Shown here: positions 58,601-64,000 of the stretch, one piece after another
How the letters are laid out: each line of letters opens with the position of its first letter
Position numbering within the stretch: the first letter of the stretch is position 1
Virus record (IMG/VR): IMGVR_UViG_2687453308_000004
From: an uncultured virus (IMG/VR IMGVR_UViG_2687453308_000004)
Taxonomy: Duplodnaviria; Heunggongvirae; Uroviricota; Caudoviricetes
DNA length: 64,000 bases
Direction: 5' to 3' (one strand)
Position numbers and translations under genes: made by a program
The notes under the pieces: generated by a model
The model's input: the letters and a program-made list of their open reading frames with translations, nothing else
The model's database searches: none
What the model was told of the DNA's origin: nothing

Positions 58601-61600
58601 TTTTCTTGCTTTTCTTGCTTTTTCTGCTTCTTTAATTGCTTTGCTCGCTTCGTCTATTGAATAAGCATTTCTGTTTCTTTGCATTCTTACTAAAATACGC
58701 TCTTGCTCTTTTTCAGTCTTACTCAATTCTTTAACAGTGATATCACGTCTTTGATTTTCAAGCTTTTCAATTTCTTTTCTTTCATTTTCTGAAATCTGAC
58801 CATCACTCAAAGCTTTTTCTTTCAATTCTTTGATTTTCTGATTGAGTTCTTGCTCTTTTTTAATTCGCAAGTCATTTTTTTCTTTAGTTCGAGTTAAAAT
58901 GTTTTGCTTTTCTTGTTCATCGAATGCACTATACTTATCAATAAGTTCTTGAGTTTTTTCGAGTTCCTTTTTATTTCTTTTTTCTATTTCAGCTATAAGG
59001 TTATTAGATAAATCCGTTTCAATTTTCAAAAGTTTTTTTGCTTTGTCTTCTGATATCTGACCCGAGTTTAAACGTACTTTTTCCATGATTCTGCTATTTT
59101 CTTCAGAATAATGCACATATTTTTCTAAAGCTTTTTCTGTTTCTTTTGAAACACCTTTCCCTAACACTTTTACAGTATCAGACGCTTTTTTAGAAGCTGT
59201 GCCCATGGTTTGCATAAATCCTTTAAACTTGTTGACTCCTACTTTGAGAAGGTCATCGTCGCTTAATGATTTATAACCATCTTTCATATCTTTTGAAAAC
59301 TTTTCTTTGAAGCTTTTGCCGATACTTCCAAGATAGTTTTTAAACTCTCCTAGCTTTCTAACAGCGCCGCCAATAATTTTACCACCAAAAAACTTTATAG
59401 TTTCTCCTAAACCGTTAATACCGTTTCTGAACCATTCCACACGATCATATGCGGTTTTAAAAACTTTATACGCAATTGTAATAGCAGTTATTGTAGCACC
59501 TATAGGTCCTGTTAAAAACCTTAAGGCTACACCCGCAAATCTTGCGCCTCCACTTACTGCAAATAAAGATTTTGCAGCTAATCCTAAACCGTTTTTCAAA
59601 AGTTTGAACGGTAAAATTGCTAGCTTTGCAGAATTTTTCAAAACATTTATAGGTTTTAAATTAAACATCATAGCTCCGGCTAACCCTTTAAAGCCTTTTG
59701 ACGTTTTTCCTGTTGTAGAACCAAGAAATAATGTTTGAAGACCTAAAGATTTCATTGCTTTTGAATTAGTATTTGAAAGGATTGTATTTTCAGCAATACG
59801 TCTATTTAATGACGCATATCCTTTAGCAGCACTTCCAACTGTACGTATTAATAACCCTCCAGCAAGAACTGCAGGTCCAATTGCTGCACCAAAAAGTGCT
59901 AATCCTACTGAAGCTTTTCTAACCCAACCAGGGAGATGTGTAAATCCATCAACTAATTTTGTTAAACCTTCCGCTCCTGCTCTAATCATAGGCGTTAAAT
60001 CTTTACCGACTTCGATTGCTAATGATTCAAAAGCGCCACCTAATTGTTCCAGAGCGCCTTTGAGATTATCTTTCATCAAATCTGCTGCTTTTTTACTTTC
60101 GCCATTGGAATTCTTTAAGGATTTACTATAGCTATTAATTTTATCTGGTCCCGCTTCAATCAAGGCTAAAAATCCACTTGCTGCTTCAGTACCAACTATT
60201 GTAGCCACTGTAGCTAGTTTTTGTTCTCTCGTCATGCCTTTCATATTATCTTGGAACTGTCTAATCAATTCACCCATGCCAACAAATTGACCTTTAGCAT
60301 CAGACAAATGAATACCTAATTTTTTCATTTCCTTAGCTGTATTTTTACTTGGATTAGCTAGCCTGATAAATGAAGCTCTTAGGGCAGTACCTGCTTGAGA
60401 ACCCTCTAAACCTGAGTTAGATAAAACTTCAATTGCTGCGGAAGTGTCCTCTATTGAAACTCCTAATGCTTTTGCAGGAGTACCAGCATACTTCAATGCA
60501 TCTCCCATGTACTGAATATCTGCAGCACTATCATTTGCTGATCTCGCAAGTAAATCAGCAACATGATTTGCATCAGATGCTTTTAAACCGAAAGAGTTAA
60601 TCGCTGAAGCCATTACAGTTGCAGTTGTAGCCATTTCTGCACCACTTGCTTCTGCTGCACTGATAACACCTGGCATAGCCTCCATTGTTTGTTTGGCATT
60701 AAAGCCTAAAGCTGCCAATTCTTCCATACCTTTAGCAACTTCGTTAGCACTTTTACTGGTTTTAGCTCCTAAGTCAACTGCTTGATTAGACATGCTTTTC
60801 AAGTCTTTACTGCTTGCTTGCGCAATCGCTCCAACTCGAGACATTTGGCCTTCAAAGTCTGCACTTGTTTTTAATGCTGCACCTAACCCTAAAGTAATTG
60901 GTGTAGATACGCCCATCGTCATTGTACGTCCCAGGGAAGTCATTTTGTCTCCAATAGAACTAAATTTCTTTGACATGACATCCGCTTGACTTGCAAGTTT
61001 ACCGAAATGACTTTGAGCTATCATTTGTTCTTTGTTAAAAGTCTTCATTTCGGATGAAGCTTTATCTATTGAACGCTCCAAATTATTTAAAGCAGCTTTT
61101 TCTTTATTAACAGCTGTTTCAGCTTTTGCGACATTAGCGCTATGATTCTTAATAGTATTGTTTAAATCATTAAATTCTTTTTCTGTTTGCTTTAATTTAG
61201 TATTAGTTTTAGCGTAAGAACTTTCAATTTTATCATTTGATTTTGAAAGATTGTCATTTTGCACTTTTAGTTTTTGAACTTGATTGCCTTCTTGTTTATA
61301 TTGTTCAACAAGTGCTTTATGCTTAGCGGACTGCTTCTGTACTGCGTCACTTGCTCTTTTTAGTTGTGCAGTAGTAGCTTGGTTACTATTCTTAAGCTTT
61401 TGTTCTGCATCTCTCAACTGTTTAAGTTTTTGATACGCATCTTGTTTACGTTGATTTGTACGTTTATATTGATTTTCAGCTTTTTTAAGTTCTGTATTCG
61501 ATGATTTTAAGGCTTCTTTAGATTTATCAAGAGCTAATTTTTCTTTTTTATTGGCTTCTACTAACTTTAAATATGCTTTCTCAACATCTTTTACACTGGA

Positions 61601-61870
61601 TTTAGCTTTTTGGTAATTAGCGTTAACTTGTTTAAGCTCATCTTCTACTTGAGAATACATCTTTTTTTGAACTTTAAGCCTATCATTTAACCCCTTAATT
61701 CTCGCCTGATATTTTTCCATTGATTTTTCAGACTTATCAAATGCTGACAGATTAGCTTTCATTTCACTATTAACAACACCTAATTGTCGCTTTAAACCTT
61801 TCATGCCTTCTTGGACACCTAAATGGTCTAATTTCAGCTCCAAGGTCATGCCTTCTACTTTTTCATTCAT
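55670..61870 (-). CDS. Tape measure protein with M23 peptidase and lytic transglycosylase domains (2066 aa)
   Basis: TP901-type core; HYGIDF..YMHL..HLHF M23 motifs; HESGG..GLLQ SLT motifs. Confidence 0.96.
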   Translation of the reverse strand: MNEKVEGMTLELKLDHLGVQEGMKGLKRQLGVVNSEMKANLSAFDKSEKSMEKYQARIKGLNDRLKVQKKMYSQVEDELKQVNANYQKAKSSVKDVEKAYLKLVEANKKEKLALDKSKEALKSSNTELKKAENQYKRTNQRKQDAYQKLKQLRDAEQKLKNSNQATTAQLKRASDAVQKQSAKHKALVEQYKQEGNQVQKLKVQNDNLSKSNDKIESSYAKTNTKLKQTEKEFNDLNNTIKNHSANVAKAETAVNKEKAALNNLERSIDKASSEMKTFNKEQMIAQSHFGKLASQADVMSKKFSSIGDKMTSLGRTMTMGVSTPITLGLGAALKTSADFEGQMSRVGAIAQASSKDLKSMSNQAVDLGAKTSKSANEVAKGMEELAALGFNAKQTMEAMPGVISAAEASGAEMATTATVMASAINSFGLKASDANHVADLLARSANDSAADIQYMGDALKYAGTPAKALGVSIEDTSAAIEVLSNSGLEGSQAGTALRASFIRLANPSKNTAKEMKKLGIHLSDAKGQFVGMGELIRQFQDNMKGMTREQKLATVATIVGTEAASGFLALIEAGPDKINSYSKSLKNSNGESKKAADLMKDNLKGALEQLGGAFESLAIEVGKDLTPMIRAGAEGLTKLVDGFTHLPGWVRKASVGLALFGAAIGPAVLAGGLLIRTVGSAAKGYASLNRRIAENTILSNTNSKAMKSLGLQTLFLGSTTGKTSKGFKGLAGAMMFNLKPINVLKNSAKLAILPFKLLKNGLGLAAKSLFAVSGGARFAGVALRFLTGPIGATITAITIAYKVFKTAYDRVEWFRNGINGLGETIKFFGGKIIGGAVRKLGEFKNYLGSIGKSFKEKFSKDMKDGYKSLSDDDLLKVGVNKFKGFMQTMGTASKKASDTVKVLGKGVSKETEKALEKYVHYSEENSRIMEKVRLNSGQISEDKAKKLLKIETDLSNNLIAEIEKRNKKELEKTQELIDKYSAFDEQEKQNILTRTKEKNDLRIKKEQELNQKIKELKEKALSDGQISENERKEIEKLENQRRDITVKELSKTEKEQERILVRMQRNRNAYSIDEASKAIKEAEKARKARKKEVDKQYEDDVIAIKNNVNLSKSEKDKLLAIADQRHKDEVRKAKSKKDAVVDVVKKQNKDIDKEMDLSSGRVYKNTEKWWNGLKSWWSNFREDQKKKSDKYAKEQEETARRNRENIKKWFGNAWDGVKSKTGEAFSKMGRNANHFGGEMKKMWSGIKGIPSKLSSGWSSAKSSVGYHTKAIANSTGKWFGKAWQSVKSTTGSIYNQTKQKYSDASDKAWAHSKSIWRGTSKWFSNAYKSAKGWLTDMANKSRAKWDNISSTAWSNAKSVWKGTSKWFSNSYKSLKDWTGDMYSRAHDRFDAISSSAWSNAKSVFNGFRKWLSKTYDWIRDIGKDMGRAAADLGKNVANKAIGGLNSMIGGINKISKAITDKNLIKPIPTLSTGTLAGKGVATDNSGALTQPTFAVLNDRGSGNAPGGGVQEVIHRADGTFHAPQGRDVVVPLGVGDSVINANDTLKLQRMGVLPKFHGGTKKKDWLDQLKGNIGKKAGEFGATAKNTAHNIKKGAEEMVEAAGDKIKDGASWLGDKIGDVWDYVQHPGKLVNKVMSGLNINFGGGANATVKIAKGAYSLLKKKLVDKVKSWFEDFGGGGDGSYLFEYPIWQRFGRYTGGLNFNGGRHYGIDFGMPSGTNVYAVKGGIADKVWTDYGGGNSIQIKTGANEWNWYMHLSKQLARQGQRIKAGQLIGKSGATGNFVRGAHLHFQLMQGSHPGNDTAKDPEKWLKSLKGSGVRSGSGVNKAASAWAGDIRRAAKRMGVNVTSGDVGNIISLIQHESGGNAGITQSSALRDINVLQGNPAKGLLQYIPQTFRHYAVRGHNNIYSGYDQLLAFFNNRYWRSQFNPRGGWSPSGPRRYANGGLITKHQLAEVGEGDKQEMVIPLTRRKRAIQLTEQVMRIIGMDGKPNNITVNNDTSTVEKLLKQIVMLSDKGNKLTDALIQTVSSQDNNLGSNDAIRGLEKILSKQSGHRANANNYMGGLTN

Positions 61871-61883
61871 ATTAACCTCCTTT

Positions 61884-62111
61884 CTAGCTTCCAAAAAGTT
61901 TTCTTAAATCCGTACCTGTAATGACTTTTTGTTCACTTTGTTTTTCTTCAGTCTCTTCTTTATTCTCTTCATTAAGTATTTCTAAAAGTTTTACATACGG
62001 CTGTTTTCTGACTTCAGTTAATGTCCACCCATACTGCTCCATACAGAAACGTTGTATTTTCTTAATGTTCGATAAAATGTCTTTTATTGAGATTGTTCTT
62101 CTGTCTTTCCC
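61884..62111 (-). CDS. Tail assembly chaperone -1 frameshift extension
   Basis: G GGA AAG at 62105-62111; -1 frame open to TAG at 61884 (contains YGWTLTEVRKQPY). Confidence 0.8.
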   Translation of the reverse strand, partial: GKDRRTISIKDILSNIKKIQRFCMEQYGWTLTEVRKQPYVKLLEILNEENKEETEEKQSEQKVITGTDLRKLFGS

Positions 62112-62434
62112 ATCTCTTCTGGTTCAGTTTCTGAATCTTCTTCATCTTCACCATTGATTTCTCGAAATATATCTTGTAAGGCTTTTGTATAAGTTTTAGT
62201 ACTCATCTTGTTCAGAACATCTTCTTCAGTCAATCCTTCATCTTTAAATAAATCTACTAATAACTGTCGCTCTTTTTGTCTCATTTTTGTTGCGTTAGGT
62301 GCTTCTTTTTTATTCTCTTGGTTTACTAATTCTAAATACTCATAGCATTTTTCTGCTTCGCCCATTGTTACATCTTCTTTTGTATAGCTCTCTGTTTTTC
62401 CTGTTTTACGATCTTTAATTTCAAATTTAATCAT
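62084..62434 (-). CDS. Tail assembly chaperone (116 aa)
   Basis: Position before tape measure; slippery site near the end. Confidence 0.85.
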   Translation of the reverse strand: MIKFEIKDRKTGKTESYTKEDVTMGEAEKCYEYLELVNQENKKEAPNATKMRQKERQLLVDLFKDEGLTEEDVLNKMSTKTYTKALQDIFREINGEDEEDSETEPEEMGKTEEQSQ

Positions 62435-62491
62435 TGTATTAGCTCCTTTTATTCAAATAAAAAAGACGCAGATATACTGCGCCTTAAATCC

Positions 62492-62947
62492 CTATCCGTT
62501 TGTTACTGTCACTGAAATTTGTCCTGACTTATCGCTTCCATCAGTAGACATAGCAGTGATTACTGAAGTACCTTCAGCTACACCGTGAATTGCTCCTGTA
62601 TTTTCATCTACAGTAACAAATTCTGGATGTTCACTTGTATATTTCAATATTTTATTCGTTGCTGTGCTTGGTGCAATGTTTGGCTCAACATTGTCATCGG
62701 TATTTACCATAATTGATTTAGTTTCTGGTGTAAATGATACGCCTGAGACTAGAATTGGATTGGTTTTGAATTGAGGTACATCAACTTTACTAGATTCTTT
62801 ACCATTTTCTTCCCATGCCACTTGGTAAGTACCTTTTGGATAAGTTGTATCCGCTTCTAAATTAGATAAAGTTACTGACACTTTGCCTTCACCTTGTTCA
62901 GAAGCTACGACGTCGTCTCCTTTATAAACCTTTAAAGTTTTAGTCAT
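62492..62947 (-). CDS. Tail decoration protein: partial FN3-like domain plus Big_2 Ig-like domain
   Basis: PSTATNK...TVDE.TG.I.GVAEGT..IT Big_2 pattern. Confidence 0.85.
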   Translation of the reverse strand: MTKTLKVYKGDDVVASEQGEGKVSVTLSNLEADTTYPKGTYQVAWEENGKESSKVDVPQFKTNPILVSGVSFTPETKSIMVNTDDNVEPNIAPSTATNKILKYTSEHPEFVTVDENTGAIHGVAEGTSVITAMSTDGSDKSGQISVTVTNG

Positions 62948-63038
62948 AAATTATTCTCCTTTGATTTATTTTGAAAGCCCCTATTCTGCTGAAACTGTTG
63001 CAGATTTTGAATTAACTGCTACTTCAACATTTTGGGGA

Positions 63039-63680
63039 TTAGCTGGGTAACGAACCTGCAGAATCCTCTGAATGATCTTCACTGTCCGTGTATCCAACGA
63101 ATACTTTTTTGAAGAATTCTGCTTCTCCTTCTTTACCTTCATGATAACCGTATACAATACCTTGTGACGTTCCATCAACATCAACTTTTCTATTCATCCA
63201 GTCACCTGTTAATTTTGTAGGTTCTGGGGCTTCTGCTTTTTCACCTCGTGTTTTAAATTCAATTGAATCTAAACTAAAAGTACCTTTAAGTAAGGCTACA
63301 TATACCGGCTGACCTGTTAAACCATCTTCCGATTCGCCAATTACTGTTACATACGGTGCTCTTGTATTCTCTCCTACCCAAGATGTACCATTTTTATCTT
63401 TAGTACGTCCAATAACTGTGTTTAAATCATCACTTGGAATATTGAAAATACTCATGTCAGACTTAACTTCATTAGTACCTTGTTTTTTCATCCATACACG
63501 TTTGTTAGATGCAAACATATCTACTAAATCTGGTGCTAAACCTGTGATATTTAGGTCAACTGTACCACCTTTTTCATCTTCCCATGTCATGCGTTTAACT
63601 ACTTTTGTTGCTTCTGGGTTAAAAACTCCAACGTATAATCTTTTAAAACCTACTTTATAAGAACCTTGTCCTTCTGCCAT
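63039..63680 (-). CDS. Major tail protein (213 aa); possible +1 frameshifted form ending at 62981
   Basis: KVGFKRLYVG N-terminus; ends CCC AGC TAA with an open +1 frame. Confidence 0.9.
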   Translation of the reverse strand: MAEGQGSYKVGFKRLYVGVFNPEATKVVKRMTWEDEKGGTVDLNITGLAPDLVDMFASNKRVWMKKQGTNEVKSDMSIFNIPSDDLNTVIGRTKDKNGTSWVGENTRAPYVTVIGESEDGLTGQPVYVALLKGTFSLDSIEFKTRGEKAEAPEPTKLTGDWMNRKVDVDGTSQGIVYGYHEGKEGEAEFFKKVFVGYTDSEDHSEDSAGSLPS

Positions 63681-63714
63681 TGCTTATTTCCTCCTTAAAA
63701 ATTAAAAAGCACAC

Positions 63715-64000
63715 CTATTCGATGCGCTGATTTTTATAATATATATTTTTGGGTATGCCTTGATATCGTCTCGACATCACATAACGTTTAGTTTCTTCAA
63801 AATAAGCATCTAACTGACTAGATGCTTGAATTAAATTTTGTTGATATAACAGGTATCTTATTCGTTTTGTTATATCAATTGTTTTCTGATTATTTGAAGA
63901 TTCTACATCTATTTGAATTAAGTATTCTTCACTGAGATATTTATCAGACATAAAGTCTGAAGGCAAATCATAAACAGGTGTAATAACAACAAAGGGTTTG
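63715..64000 (-). CDS. Tail terminator (DUF3168-like), 5' end outside window
   Basis: IQIDVES and RRYQG motifs; upstream of major tail gene. Confidence 0.7.
   Translation of the reverse strand, partial: KPFVVITPVYDLPSDFMSDKYLSEEYLIQIDVESSNNQKTIDITKRIRYLLYQQNLIQASSQLDAYFEETKRYVMSRRYQGIPKNIYYKNQRIE

Larger units (their letters stand above)
46017..64000 (-). mobile_element. Prophage 2 (partial): phi12/phiSLT-like Sa2 siphovirus tail and lysis region, PVL-negative
   Basis: 2066-aa tape measure, ORF636-type RBP, 484-aa amidase, Sa2 att core. Confidence 0.95.

Noticed and set aside
62981..63184. 67-aa ORF as a standalone gene
   Set aside because: Mostly overlaps the major tail gene out of frame; only the last 21 codons are meaningful, as a frameshift extension
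1..64000. Known toxin or immune-evasion cargo (PVL, eta, sak/scn/chp, enterotoxins), tRNA/rRNA, introns, IS elements
   Set aside because: None recognisable; lysin, terminase and other genes are uninterrupted

Overview
Low-GC staphylococcal chromosome, almost certainly Staphylococcus aureus, with two co-oriented siphoviral prophages separated by only about 4.1 kb of host DNA. Prophage 1 (1 to ~41923; lysis-end att lies outside the window) is nearly complete and mosaic: Sa2-type tyrosine integrase, phi11-like cI/cro switch, AAA-ATPase/RecT/MBL/SSB/DnaD-domain replication block, trimeric dUTPase, RinB/RinA, and phi11/80alpha-like pac-type head, tail and lysis genes. Prophage 2 (46017 to the window end) is the tail, baseplate and lysis end of a phi12/phiSLT-like phage with no PVL genes and a cluster of sRNAs (SprY, SprX and a third candidate). 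Both prophages end at an identical 29-bp Sa2 att core (41895-41923 and 46017-46045) located in the 3' part of paralogous host genes. The host segment encodes two DUF1672-like lipoproteins and an interrupted protein with a lipase-like N-terminus and a helical C-terminus ending in a WXG100-like hairpin. Best leads: (1) a candidate reverse-architecture type VII lipase toxin/immunity cassette cut by phage integration and potentially excisable as a reconstituted circle; (2) a candidate type I toxin-antitoxin locus and a mini SprY-like RNA after the prophage 1 lysin; (3) a frameshift-made split FN3-like tail decoration in prophage 2. Family names come from recall and motif reading, not from database searches.
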